A stretch of DNA of 64,000 bases from Escherichia phage 232Ecol030PP, in the sequence record PP355090.1; one strand, written 5' to 3'. Shown piece after piece: positions 28,451 to 37,865 of this stretch. The notes below the pieces were generated by a model that worked only from the letters and a program-made list of their open reading frames with translations, searched no databases and had not been told where the DNA came from. The position numbers and the translations under genes are program-made. How positions within the stretch are numbered: position 1 is the first letter of the stretch; every line of letters begins with the position of its first letter.

Positions 28451-28788
28451 CTAGTACTCAATCCTCGATTATAAGAATCTACCAAACGGTCAACCATTGA
28501 ATGACAAGCGGCTTTATCTTTCTCCTCCGCAACTGAACATTCTAAGGTATTCCACTTTTTAGCATATCGTTTTAATAATGTATCGTTTTTGTATCTGCTT
28601 GATTTATCTCTTTCTCCGTCTTTATATGCATATATTAATTTCTGCGCAAATTCAGCTTGGCATGCTTTATTTTTCCCACAATAATCTGCCGCAGTGCGAT
28701 TTACATATTCTCTAATTTCAGTATATGATGTATCTGCTAACGCAGAAAATGAAATTAATCCTATACATAAAACCAAAATTTTAGTCAT
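28447..28788 (-). CDS. secreted or periplasmic protein
   Basis: 113 aa with signal peptide MTKILVLCIGLISFSALA. Confidence 0.55.
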   Translation of the reverse strand: MTKILVLCIGLISFSALADTSYTEIREYVNRTAADYCGKNKACQAEFAQKLIYAYKDGERDKSSRYKNDTLLKRYAKKWNTLECSVAEEKDKAACHSMVDRLVDSYNRGLSTR

Positions 28789-29326
28789 TTACTATTTCCA
28801 AAAGTTTATTATTTTTAAGGTAATTAGCCTTTTCTAGGACTTCAGAAGCATATTTAGAACCTGCTTTAACATTCCATCCCGAATTATAAGATGATATTGC
28901 TTTTCTTATATCGCCCTTATGTATATTTAACCAATAAGAAAGTTCAATGTACGCCCAGGAAGCTGAATTGGATCGTTTATTCAACATTCTTTTTATTTCA
29001 GCATCGGTCATATTATAACCAAGTTCCTTAACTCTTGCTCGCATAGTAGGCAAATAATTTTGGAACATTCCATAAGCGTGATGCTTTGGTTTAGATTTTA
29101 AATTAACTCCGCCAGAGCTTTCTTGCCATAAAATAGCAGCCATTATATGACCTAATCCGCTCTTGTGGATATTTTTGTGTGTTTTATATTTTCCATCCTT
29201 AGAAAATTGTTCCCCGAATTGATACGCGTAACGCATGTTATCGAGTTGGACATTACTGAAAGTATGCTCGGAGCTATGTGCCATCATTGAAATGGCCAAT
29301 AGACCAGCGAGTAGTGCTTTTCTCAT
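28781..29326 (-). CDS. periplasmic lytic transglycosylase-like protein
   Basis: Signal peptide plus SLT-like motifs (WQESSG, GMFQ, SYNSGW). Confidence 0.55.
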   Translation of the reverse strand: MRKALLAGLLAISMMAHSSEHTFSNVQLDNMRYAYQFGEQFSKDGKYKTHKNIHKSGLGHIMAAILWQESSGGVNLKSKPKHHAYGMFQNYLPTMRARVKELGYNMTDAEIKRMLNKRSNSASWAYIELSYWLNIHKGDIRKAISSYNSGWNVKAGSKYASEVLEKANYLKNNKLLEIVND

Positions 29327-29333
29327 GCTTACC

Positions 29334-29795
29334 TCATTGAGTTTTAATTACTGCTTTAGAAGCCTTTCCTGGTAAACGACGACTGTTGATAATTGCCATC
29401 CTGCATTGAAGTGACGGGTTTTTGAACTTCTCATTAGGCTTACAAACCGTAAATCCAAGCCAAAGATTTCCATCTGTGATTTCTAAACGTCCAGGACGAT
29501 ATTCAACCCCATCAATAAAATCCTCGTCAATGTCAGGACGCGGAGGCATACTCAGGAATTCATTAACTTCTAAAACATGGTCTTTTATTTTATGGAATAA
29601 TTCAAAAACATATGTCTCATCAATCTCCCGTTGAATTGCACGATCAAGAAGATGTTGAGAATATTTTAGATGAAACGATGAGACTCCTGCTGCTTTTGAT
29701 GCCTCACGAATCTCATTGTTAATTTGACGAAACTCCGACTCAAAATGACGACGAAGCTTATTTCGACGGATAAAAACTTCTGTATTGATAGTCAT
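29334..29795 (-). CDS. regB: endoribonuclease RegB
   Basis: 153 aa MTINTEVFIRRNKLRRHFESEF... recognised as T4 RegB; early promoter upstream. Confidence 0.85.
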   Translation of the reverse strand: MTINTEVFIRRNKLRRHFESEFRQINNEIREASKAAGVSSFHLKYSQHLLDRAIQREIDETYVFELFHKIKDHVLEVNEFLSMPPRPDIDEDFIDGVEYRPGRLEITDGNLWLGFTVCKPNEKFKNPSLQCRMAIINSRRLPGKASKAVIKTQ

Positions 29796-29817
29796 GTTGT
29801 TCTCCTCTTAACTGATA

Positions 29818-29852
29818 GAAAAATTATACCACAGTCAAGAGGAAAAGTAAAC
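29818..29852 (-). promoter_or_regulatory. T4-type early promoter (regB)
   Basis: Minus strand GTTTAC (plus 29847-29852), spacer, TATAAT. Confidence 0.55.
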
Positions 29853-29854
29853 AG

Positions 29855-30133
29855 TTATTCTTTAAATCTAATCAATTTATTCATAGACTTTGAAACTTCT
29901 GCACGAACCTCATGTAGATTTTTGAGCTGTTCAAGACGCTGCGTATAGTAAGCAATTTCATCTTCTTCGAGACAGTCCTGTGAATCTTCTTTAAGATACC
30001 GTGCATAGTCCTGGAAAGCGTTACGGACTACTTCCTGGAAGTCATCAAGACTTTGAATTTTCTTAGGAGCAGCAGACACACGACGAGGGGCAGTATAATA
30101 CTCATAACCAAACCCTGCGCTTAATTGAGCCAT
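29855..30133 (-). CDS. hypothetical protein (vs.3 position)
   Basis: ATG at 30133 with GAGGAAAAA RBS (track start is GTG). Confidence 0.45.
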   Translation of the reverse strand: MAQLSAGFGYEYYTAPRRVSAAPKKIQSLDDFQEVVRNAFQDYARYLKEDSQDCLEEDEIAYYTQRLEQLKNLHEVRAEVSKSMNKLIRFKE

Positions 30134-30399
30134 TAGTATTTTTCCTCTGGTTGGAACACAGCACGACAAGCCCACATACTGGCTTCTTTGAGTTTCGTTT
30201 TAGCAATAGCTAACTGATCGAGGCTTTCAGCATAATTCTTCGCGAGTTCAAAGTCTTCGCAATTATCTAGTGCTTCCCAGAATTCATCATATAAAGCATC
30301 AAAGATAAGTCCTAAACGAACTTCAGCGTCTTTAATAGCATTTACTTTACCGATTTTTTCGTCGGTATGTGGCTTATAACCTTTAATATCTTCAATCAT
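30133..30399 (-). CDS. hypothetical protein at the vs.4 position (candidate Acb2-like cyclic-oligonucleotide sponge)
   Basis: ATG at 30399 with GAGGAAG RBS (track start is TTG); fourth ORF downstream... position after regB matching T4 vs.4. Confidence 0.45.
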   Translation of the reverse strand: MIEDIKGYKPHTDEKIGKVNAIKDAEVRLGLIFDALYDEFWEALDNCEDFELAKNYAESLDQLAIAKTKLKEASMWACRAVFQPEEKY

Positions 30400-30613
30400 A
30401 TTTGACTTCCTCACCAGTACATAAATCGTATTCAACTAAACGAATAGGTTCATGAATGCCATATCCCTGAACAGAAATTTCTGTCGTAGGATAAATTCCA
30501 CTAATATCACCCATATTCCACGCTTCATTAAATTGCTGTTCGCCTGAATTACTAAACCACTCGGCGAAAGCATTTAGCACATCTTCAGAACCTTCAATAA
30601 TTATCTTTGCCAT
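30392..30613 (-). CDS. hypothetical protein
   Basis: 73-aa ORF, ATG start. Confidence 0.5.
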   Translation of the reverse strand: MAKIIIEGSEDVLNAFAEWFSNSGEQQFNEAWNMGDISGIYPTTEISVQGYGIHEPIRLVEYDLCTGEEVKYD

Positions 30614-30975
30614 TACAAACTCTCGGTGAAGGTACGAGCGATAACGTCGCGCTGCTGTTCCGGAGTCAGAGAGTTAAAGCGAACTGCATAACCGGATACA
30701 CGGATGGTCAGCTGCGGATATTTTTCCGGATGCTTAACTGCATCTTCCAGAGTTTCACGACGCAGAACGTTAACGTTCAGGTGTTGACCACCTTCAATTT
30801 TAACTGTAGGCTGTTGCTCAATTTCAATTTCACGGGCATGCAAACCATAGAAAATTTCTGGGTCTACAAAAGAGTCCTCTTTAAAGGTTTTAGAGACAAT
30901 AATTCGTGCTTGAATACCATCTTCAAAATAAATAGTACCTTTATGTGTGCCTTCAAGAATTTGATATGCTTTCAT
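30613..30975 (-). CDS. autonomous glycyl radical cofactor GrcA (YfiD)-like protein
   Basis: C-terminal ~60 residues ([60 protein letters not shown]) match E. coli GrcA as recalled, including glycyl-radical motif RVSGYAV. Confidence 0.8.
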   Translation of the reverse strand: MKAYQILEGTHKGTIYFEDGIQARIIVSKTFKEDSFVDPEIFYGLHAREIEIEQQPTVKIEGGQHLNVNVLRRETLEDAVKHPEKYPQLTIRVSGYAVRFNSLTPEQQRDVIARTFTESL

Positions 30976-30981
30976 ATAACC

Positions 30982-31311
30982 TCAATTAGAAAATAAATTT
31001 ATCCAAGATTGTTCTTTAATTAAAAATGGCTCAGAATCATATGCCATTAAACTCTGTGTGATTAGTCCTTTAAAAGGCCCATCAATAAATTCCATGGTAA
31101 AATATGGAATTTTATTCATTAGCCGTGCATTAGGAGCCGTGCACAAAACTCTGCATCCTTTGAATACGCCTTTTTGTAATTTGTATTGCTTGGGATAAAA
31201 TTCGCTCAAAATGTTATTTTTTGCCAAAATTTCAAAATGATTCACCAATTTATTTTTAATAGTTTTTGGCGAAAAATAAAGATATTCGAAAAGCTGAGTG
31301 TCTGTCATCAT
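30982..31311 (-). CDS. hypothetical protein
   Basis: ATG at 31311 overlapping upstream stop (ATGA). Confidence 0.45.
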   Translation of the reverse strand: MMTDTQLFEYLYFSPKTIKNKLVNHFEILAKNNILSEFYPKQYKLQKGVFKGCRVLCTAPNARLMNKIPYFTMEFIDGPFKGLITQSLMAYDSEPFLIKEQSWINLFSN

Positions 31312-31847
31312 TGCATTCCGATTACGAAAAACTGTGGACGAGTAATACCACCAATGCAACATTTAATATTACAGCAGCAGTGTACAGTGTCAATATGGAC
31401 ACTATAAATCTTATCCATATCAGGAGATTTGACAGGCTCATCAATTATATACAAAATTCGCGAAAGTGATAAACCTCTGAACTTGCTTCCTTTATTACCA
31501 ATAAAACTGCGCACAGAATCAGTAAATAAACGAAAACGTATATCATCATTAGAATAACGCGAAAATTCCTTTTTAATATTATCTGCGGAAATTTTAGCGT
31601 AAGCTGAAGTATTAGAAAGAACAATAACTGTTCCACCGTCATACAACCAATTAGCGGCAAAATTAGTTACTGCAGTTGATTTACCAGATTGACGCCCACC
31701 ATCTAGTCGAAGTGTACAATACTGTTTAAGTAAGTCTTCAAATGGCGGGATATATTCGTTTTTACAAATTTCTTCTACTCTAGCATCAGAATGGTGTGTA
31801 AAAGCATTCATCAGGGATAGATAAGGACCAGTTAAAAATGTTCTCAT
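31308..31847 (-). CDS. hypothetical protein with P-loop-like motif
   Basis: 179 aa containing GGRQSGKST. Confidence 0.5.
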   Translation of the reverse strand: MRTFLTGPYLSLMNAFTHHSDARVEEICKNEYIPPFEDLLKQYCTLRLDGGRQSGKSTAVTNFAANWLYDGGTVIVLSNTSAYAKISADNIKKEFSRYSNDDIRFRLFTDSVRSFIGNKGSKFRGLSLSRILYIIDEPVKSPDMDKIYSVHIDTVHCCCNIKCCIGGITRPQFFVIGMQ

Positions 31848-31993
31848 TTTTGTTCTCTCTAGGTTTGGGCCATTCCATGGCGCATGAATTGTCTATTTCT
31901 GTATTTACCCATTACCGCACTTGGGCTCGACCTTATTACAGGTTGGCGGGAATCCCTCACAGAATCATGAGGTCCAGGTTATTCCCATGTTAT

Positions 31994-32410
31994 TTAAATG
32001 TAAATATTTTTGCCGTAATACTTATACCAGTGTGGCTTCATTAAAATTTTTTCATCGAGTCGTTGTTGACTCAACTTAATAGCTGATTTGCATGGATTAT
32101 AATCATTTTTCCATTCTACTGGAATATCGCTGATGTCAGGAACTTCAGTATCTTTTATACTGAACCCGCGTTTTAAGCATTCCGTTATAATGTCCGATTG
32201 ACGCTTTCGCAAAAATTCTAACTTATCGTAAAAGAAAGTAACATGACCAGAACCTAAAATAAATTTAGAAGATATTTTAAAATCTTTAACGCGCTTACCG
32301 TTTGCCACATGCTTACGAACTATACCAAAAACACGCGGCAATTCACGGTATTCTGCGATTAAATGTTGATCAGCAAGTTCAGATACTAAAGTCAAATTAA
32401 TACGAGTCAT
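31994..32410 (-). CDS. denV: endonuclease V (pyrimidine dimer DNA glycosylase) DenV
   Basis: 138 aa [17 protein letters not shown]...; recognised as T4 DenV. Confidence 0.9.
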   Translation of the reverse strand: MTRINLTLVSELADQHLIAEYRELPRVFGIVRKHVANGKRVKDFKISSKFILGSGHVTFFYDKLEFLRKRQSDIITECLKRGFSIKDTEVPDISDIPVEWKNDYNPCKSAIKLSQQRLDEKILMKPHWYKYYGKNIYI

Positions 32411-32434
32411 TTTATCCCTCCAAGTAACTGTGAA

Positions 32435-32465
32435 TATACTATCACAATTCTAGGAGAAAGTAAAC
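32435..32465 (-). promoter_or_regulatory. T4-type early promoter (denV)
   Basis: GTTTAC (plus 32460-32465) with -10 TAGTAT on minus strand. Confidence 0.5.
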
Positions 32466-32469
32466 AACT

Positions 32470-33000
<531 letters not shown>

Positions 33001-33456
33001 TTAAAAGAGGCTGTTCATTATTCGGTAAAGTGAAGGACCCATCACATATTGCCACTGAGTACGAGGAATAAGAGCAAAAGCATCCATCTCTGGAATCATA
33101 ACGCCATCTTTATTTTCAAAATAAGACTCGCAATGGCAATTTCTAAACATCTCATGCTCTACTGGAATCGTATAATAAAATAACTGTAAGTCTTTATTAC
33201 TAGAATATTTAAATACACCTAGGTCTTCTAGAAGGTCTGGATTATAATTGCTAAAACCGGTCTCTTCTAAGCATTCTCTTTTTGCAGCTTCCAGTGCATT
33301 CAAATCAGAACTTTCTACGCGGCCCTTTGGAATATCCCAGCGATGTGCCATCATTCCAGGCTTACGAGAACCAGTAACCCGACCCATAAATAAATCTTTA
33401 TCTTCTGTCATAAAGATAATACCAGCTGATAGTGTTTTCATTTTAATTTCCTGCAT
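33001..33456 (-). CDS. nudE: Nudix hydrolase NudE
   Basis: 151 aa with Nudix box (GRVESSDLNALEAAKRECLEETG). Confidence 0.8.
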   Translation of the reverse strand: MQEIKMKTLSAGIIFMTEDKDLFMGRVTGSRKPGMMAHRWDIPKGRVESSDLNALEAAKRECLEETGFSNYNPDLLEDLGVFKYSSNKDLQLFYYTIPVEHEMFRNCHCESYFENKDGVMIPEMDAFALIPRTQWQYVMGPSLYRIMNSLF

Positions 33457-33926
33457 TCAGTGATAAAGTTATTTAAATTTTGAGTATATTTCTTTTCATC
33501 AAAAATCTTTTGTTGTCTGCGTAAACGCCATGGCATTTCAATGAACATACGCCATATTCCTGATAATACTGCTGCTGTAAAAATATTAACAAGTATAGTT
33601 AAAAGAACCCAATCTCCTATTCTGTCCATTGGATTTTTTATAAAAAAGTAAAATACGAACGATGATATAGGAAGACTAATGATATACCACAGAAGAACCT
33701 TCTTATCTGTGAACCAATCAGCATTCGTTAACTTAGCGCGACCGTTTTGAATACATACGAACTTATCATCTGTTACAGTAAATGGCTTAGCTGCTTGATA
33801 TCCCATTCTAAACTCCCTAATCAACAAATTTTTCATATCTTCGGAACAACCATTCCAGTCAACTCTATCAACTGAAATGCCATCGTCCCCATCATCTAAA
33901 TCATACCAGCGAGTTTTTAAAATCAT
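33438..33926 (-). CDS. membrane protein
   Basis: 162 aa with two hydrophobic helices. Confidence 0.5.
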   Translation of the reverse strand: MILKTRWYDLDDGDDGISVDRVDWNGCSEDMKNLLIREFRMGYQAAKPFTVTDDKFVCIQNGRAKLTNADWFTDKKVLLWYIISLPISSFVFYFFIKNPMDRIGDWVLLTILVNIFTAAVLSGIWRMFIEMPWRLRRQQKIFDEKKYTQNLNNFITECRKLK

Positions 33927-34285
33927 TTAATTTTCCTACAATCACTCACAAACTCTTCCATTGATTCTTTTTCAATATAAGACATATAGCTATTATATTC
34001 CTTTAATTGTATTTTGTAATCCTTTTTTCTTTGCCAATTTATTTTAAAATTATCATAATGAAAATATAACATGGTACCAAAGAATGAAAATAATGAAATC
34101 GCTATAGTAAAACGAAGTTCACTCCAAACCTCTGTTATAATTACTGTGCCGTCGATATTTAAAATAAAACAGTCAATTAACAATCCAATAAGACTACCCG
34201 CAAGAGCTGTAAATACTGATACAGCAAGAATTAATAGTGCCTCTGGAAACGAATATTTGACTTTATTTAGTTTTGGCTTTTGCAT
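33923..34285 (-). CDS. membrane protein
   Basis: 120 aa with two hydrophobic helices. Confidence 0.5.
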   Translation of the reverse strand: MQKPKLNKVKYSFPEALLILAVSVFTALAGSLIGLLIDCFILNIDGTVIITEVWSELRFTIAISLFSFFGTMLYFHYDNFKINWQRKKDYKIQLKEYNSYMSYIEKESMEEFVSDCRKIK

Positions 34286-34659
34286 CGTGATTCCTTAACA
34301 AATTTCATAATTTCATCAAATTCATACATATCTAGCTTAAGCTGGTGTTCCTTTTTAATCTTTTTACACTGAGCTTTCCAATCACGTACACGTTTACGAT
34401 AATGTCTTCCTTGATACCAGTATCCTACCCAATTTACGGGTACTAATAAAAGTGGAACTATTAATGGAAGAATTAGCATTAACACAAGTATTTCGCCAGA
34501 ATCAATATCAGTCATAACATCTAAAACACCTCCAATAATCAATAGAATTACAAATGATATGAGTATAACAGGACCTATTAACACATCAGTAGAAATTATC
34601 TGACGCTTTGGTTCATACTTCACAGGTTTACTTGGAAGGTATAGTGATGGTTTTGACAT
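34267..34659 (-). CDS. membrane protein
   Basis: ATG at 34659 (track start is TTG); two hydrophobic helices. Confidence 0.5.
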   Translation of the reverse strand: MSKPSLYLPSKPVKYEPKRQIISTDVLIGPVILISFVILLIIGGVLDVMTDIDSGEILVLMLILPLIVPLLLVPVNWVGYWYQGRHYRKRVRDWKAQCKKIKKEHQLKLDMYEFDEIMKFVKESRCKSQN

Positions 34660-35242
34660 ATTCTCTACATTCCTTAACAAATTTTTCTAGTAATAAATCA
34701 CTTTCAAAATTGGGATTTTCTACAAATTTATCAAAAAGATCATCAACAATAGTTAAGATATTCTTTTTACTAAGAATACGTTTATTTTCATGCTTCGTTT
34801 CAGAATCAACTATAAGAGTAAAGAAATATTTCTTGCCCTGAAATTTTACAGTAGTATCAATATAAAATAAATTTGACTTTTGTAAATTACGTTTAAACCA
34901 TGCGTCACTTAAACTATAAACACCGAGATAATCAAAATCGTCGTTTAAATAACAAACCGTCCATTCAGGAGAAATGAAATCAGTAAATTCAACATCAAAA
35001 TCACACGTCAATGAATGAATTGATTCAATACTGTTAATGAGTATTCCAGGACGTATTAAAGACTTTTTACCTCTAGAAAATCTTCCGGAAAGGCTTTCAT
35101 CAGTTTCATATGAAGACCCCCAATAGTAATTACGTCCTTCTGCCATGCGTTTAAGAGCATTTAGTAATTGGTCTGGAACATCAACCTGTCTTTGGAACTC
35201 TTCAAACATTGAATTGAAATCACTTTGCATTTTCATTTTCAT
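34628..35242 (-). CDS. hypothetical protein
   Basis: 204-aa ORF, ATG start. Confidence 0.5.
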   Translation of the reverse strand: MKMKMQSDFNSMFEEFQRQVDVPDQLLNALKRMAEGRNYYWGSSYETDESLSGRFSRGKKSLIRPGILINSIESIHSLTCDFDVEFTDFISPEWTVCYLNDDFDYLGVYSLSDAWFKRNLQKSNLFYIDTTVKFQGKKYFFTLIVDSETKHENKRILSKKNILTIVDDLFDKFVENPNFESDLLLEKFVKECREYVKTITIPSK

Positions 35243-35283
35243 TCCTATTTACTCCAAGTATAAGGGGCCGAAACCCCTTATCA

Positions 35284-35877
35284 TTATTTCAGAGAATTAA
35301 TGTATTCCTGAACATCGGCAGAGGTAGTTTCAACCCCAGAAATATTACCGTTAAAGGTTTCAACTCGAGCAAGGGTATCTTCAATATCAACCTTAGTCAG
35401 TGCTGCAATTTCAACTACATCATCGGCAGTACTAATTCCAAGGGCATTTGCTGCACGAGTTTCACGGATATATTCCAATTTAACCGCAAGTTCTTGACGA
35501 GCATCATCTAACTCAACTACTTTCTTGGCGATTTCAATTCGCATTTCAGCATAACCGTCAGCCTTAGTAGTCAACTGCTCAGCTGTTCGACGATATAGTA
35601 AACCGAGTTTAGCATGCATTGTTACATCTTGGCCTTCGGAAAGAAGTTTACGAATTTCACGCTCTTTTGATTCGGCCTGTCGATTCTTTTCGATAACAAG
35701 TTCACGAATACGTTTTTCTTCGTTAATAGATTTAACAGAAGCAGTTTTTAGATCTTTAATTTTATCAAGTAGTTTTGCTGCTGCAGCAGTATACTGTTCT
35801 TCGACAGATAGATTTTTAGCCATAGCAGAACCAAGTTTAGTGCGAATAAACTCAACAATTTTCTTCAGTGTGTTCAT
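35284..35877 (-). CDS. hypothetical coiled-coil protein
   Basis: 197 aa, ATG start. Confidence 0.55.
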   Translation of the reverse strand: MNTLKKIVEFIRTKLGSAMAKNLSVEEQYTAAAAKLLDKIKDLKTASVKSINEEKRIRELVIEKNRQAESKEREIRKLLSEGQDVTMHAKLGLLYRRTAEQLTTKADGYAEMRIEIAKKVVELDDARQELAVKLEYIRETRAANALGISTADDVVEIAALTKVDIEDTLARVETFNGNISGVETTSADVQEYINSLK

Positions 35878-36166
35878 AGTATTTCCTTAGGTTAATTGAG
35901 ATTTAAAATCCATGAGAGTATTATACTCCGGATAGTTTGTAAACTATTTCAACATCGCCTTTTGCTGCTTTATAACCTTCAGCCCAAGATACAACCGAGT
36001 TTTTATCCGAAGATTCAAATTCTGGCATTGGGCTTTCGCCAATGTTCACGCAGTATGTTTCTTCATTTTCGTCGAACCAAATAATTAAAGTAGTCATTTA
36101 TTTCTCCGTTTTCTGTATTTGTTTTGATAAGTCTATAATAACACCGTCCTTGGCGTTTGTACACAA

Positions 36167-36430
36167 TTATTTCATATTATTGAAATATTCTTCTGCGATT
36201 TCATCGTTATCATGGTAAACTTTAGAAGACAGTTTAACATAACCTTCAGCAGTGAACATGTTAATCACAACCTTTACAGTATACCACTGACCATCTTCAT
36301 TACCCATTACTGCATAGGTTTCAAACATCGGATGGTCAGGACCGATAACTTTAATATCATTCACTGTACGACCGAAATCTTCTGAAACACATTTCATAAA
36401 GAAGTTGAACAGTTCGCCGTAATTATCCAT
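36167..36430 (-). CDS. hypothetical protein
   Basis: ATG at 36430 with GGAG RBS (track start is TTG). Confidence 0.5.
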   Translation of the reverse strand: MDNYGELFNFFMKCVSEDFGRTVNDIKVIGPDHPMFETYAVMGNEDGQWYTVKVVINMFTAEGYVKLSSKVYHDNDEIAEEYFNNMK

Positions 36431-36464
36431 TTCATTCTCCAAGTTGTTTTTGTATCAGTAGTTG

Positions 36465-36502
36465 ATAGTTGTATAGTACCATGGAAGAACAGGGATGTAA
36501 AC
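36465..36502 (-). promoter_or_regulatory. T4-type early promoter
   Basis: GTTTAC (plus 36497-36502) and TACTATACAACTATC block. Confidence 0.5.
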
Positions 36503-36636
36503 AGTTTTGTGAAAAAATTTTTTAAAAAGTTTTAGGGAATTCTAGGGCAGGGAGGGGCAATTAAAAGATAGGATAATATATTATAAAGGGTAGAAACTAA
36601 ATGATGTCTAGAGAGGCCCGGAAAGGCCTAGATACC

Positions 36637-36664
36637 AAAAAGCCCCAACCTTTCGGTCGGGGCT
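36637..36664 (-). terminator. intrinsic terminator (copy 1 of identical 28-mer hairpin)
   Basis: aaaaagccccaacctttcggtcggggct; GC stem plus T-run on minus RNA, directly after stop of 36671..37144. Confidence 0.6.
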
Positions 36665-36670
36665 AAAATG

Positions 36671-37144
36671 TTATTTGATTTGTTTAGCAGACCAAATGCG
36701 GTCTTTAATAATTTTTTGGATGTCTTCAACATACTCAAGAGAGTGAACATGTGGGTTATCTTTGAAACTATAAGCACGGGCTAACTTTTGGCCTTCGGTT
36801 TTGATTACTAAAAGCTCTTTAAGGATAGCTTCATATTTGGAGATAATTCCTTTAACAATATTTTTCTCTTGTGTGACTTTAGGATCTGCTTTAGGAGCAG
36901 GTTTACCTGAAGCCTTTGCAAAAGCAGCTCCAGTAGCAACTAAACTTTTCCAAGCCATACTAACTGCGTTCCCTGTAAATCCTTCGGCTTTCATATCACG
37001 AGCAAATTGGAATCGTGATTCATCGGAAGCATCTTTATAGGAATATTTACCCGCGGCAATGGCAGCTTTTGCAACAGCTTGAATTTCGGTGCTAGATGCT
37101 TCATTTAACACCGCTTCATTTAAAAATTGAGCATATGATTTCAT
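36671..37144 (-). CDS. internal-protein-like protein with capsid-targeting-sequence-like N-terminus
   Basis: N-terminus MKSYAQFLNE resembles T4 CTS MKTYQEFIAE with an L-x-E protease site; gene flanked by two identical terminator hairpins. Confidence 0.55.
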   Translation of the reverse strand: MKSYAQFLNEAVLNEASSTEIQAVAKAAIAAGKYSYKDASDESRFQFARDMKAEGFTGNAVSMAWKSLVATGAAFAKASGKPAPKADPKVTQEKNIVKGIISKYEAILKELLVIKTEGQKLARAYSFKDNPHVHSLEYVEDIQKIIKDRIWSAKQIK

Positions 37145-37190
37145 CTTATTTCCTGTTTTAATTCGTGGTTTTAATATACTTATTTATACT

Positions 37191-37218
37191 AAAAAGCCCC
37201 AACCTTTCGGTCGGGGCT
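37191..37218 (-). terminator. intrinsic terminator closing the tRNA/stable-RNA transcription unit (copy 2 of 28-mer)
   Basis: Identical to 36637-36664; hairpin plus T-run on minus strand. Confidence 0.6.
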
Positions 37219-37269
37219 AAGCCTTGCGGCAACCTTGTCGGGGTTCCACCTGCTAAGGCAAGTGTTTGT

Positions 37270-37427
37270 ACGAAACGCCGGGATTCGAACCCGGTTATTA
37301 AGCAGTTGACGCTACTCAATATTTTTAAAAGGCCATATCTCGACCATATCCGAACGTTCCGTCAAAAACGCTACTCGGCTTACGGCAAAGATATTTCCTC
37401 GAATCGATAATTCGGTGCGCCGTTTCT
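37270..37427 (-). ncRNA. stable RNA with tRNA-like acceptor/T-arm end (T4 species RNA C/D-like)
   Basis: 6-bp acceptor-like pairing GAAACG/CGTTTC closing a canonical T-arm (CCGGG TTCGAAT CCCGG) around a ~140-nt body; no ORF. Confidence 0.35.
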
Positions 37428-37534
37428 GCTGTGATATAAGGGGGCATTAACAAAACATAAAGATTTATTAATGCCAGTCCTTAAACAGGGAACATCAGTC
37501 CGACGACTTGCCGGTAGCGACCCGGCTTCTTGTC

Positions 37535-37610
37535 TGGTCGAGGCAGTAGGGATCGAACCTACGACCCAGGACTTAGAAGGTCCTTGCTCTTCCTTCTGAG
37601 CTATGCCTCG
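37535..37610 (-). tRNA. tRNA-Arg (anticodon TCT)
   Basis: Hand-folded cloverleaf: acceptor CGAGGCA/TGCCTCG, anticodon loop CTTCTAA, T-loop TTCGATC, encoded CCA. Confidence 0.8.
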
Positions 37611-37614
37611 GATT

Positions 37615-37689
37615 TGGCGGACGTGATAGGATTCGAACCTATAACCAATCGCTTAACAGGCGATCGCTCTGCCATTGAGCTACACATCC
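37615..37689 (-). tRNA. tRNA-Asn (anticodon GTT)
   Basis: Acceptor GGATGTG/CACGTCC (one G-U), anticodon stem ATCGC/GCGAT, loop CTGTTAA, T-loop TTCGAAT, CCA. Confidence 0.7.
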
Positions 37690-37693
37690 AAAT

Positions 37694-37780
37694 TGGTGGG
37701 GAGTGATGGAGTCGAACCACCCGAGTCGCAATGACAATGGATTTACAGTCCACACCGCTACCTCTACGGGATAACTCCCC
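37694..37780 (-). tRNA. tRNA-Tyr (anticodon GTA), class II with long variable arm
   Basis: Acceptor GGGGAGT/ACTCCCC, anticodon loop CTGTAAA, variable arm TGTCATTGCGACTCG, T-loop TTCGACT, CCA; architecture like bacterial tRNA-Tyr. Confidence 0.6.
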
Positions 37781-37789
37781 AAATTAATT

Positions 37790-37864
37790 TGGTGGCCCTG
37801 GGTGGAATTGAACCACCATCTGGCGATTATGAGTCGCTTGCTTGAACCTTCCAGCTACAGGGCC
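37790..37864 (-). tRNA. tRNA-Ile (anticodon CAT, lysidine-type; could be scored as Met)
   Basis: Acceptor GGCCCTG/CAGGGCC, anticodon loop CTCATAA, T-loop TTCAATT, CCA. Confidence 0.7.
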
Positions 37865-37865
37865 T

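Noticed and set aside
30607-30996. 129-aa plus-strand ORF
   Set aside because: Antisense to the GrcA-like gene, which has strong homology support.
36537-36612. EcoRI (gaattc) and XbaI (tctaga) sites in an unusually purine-rich intergenic stretch, considered as a possible cloning scar
   Set aside because: The stretch has the same layout as other terminator-to-early-promoter spacers (for example 9180-9275); no vector-like sequence, markers or linkers are present.
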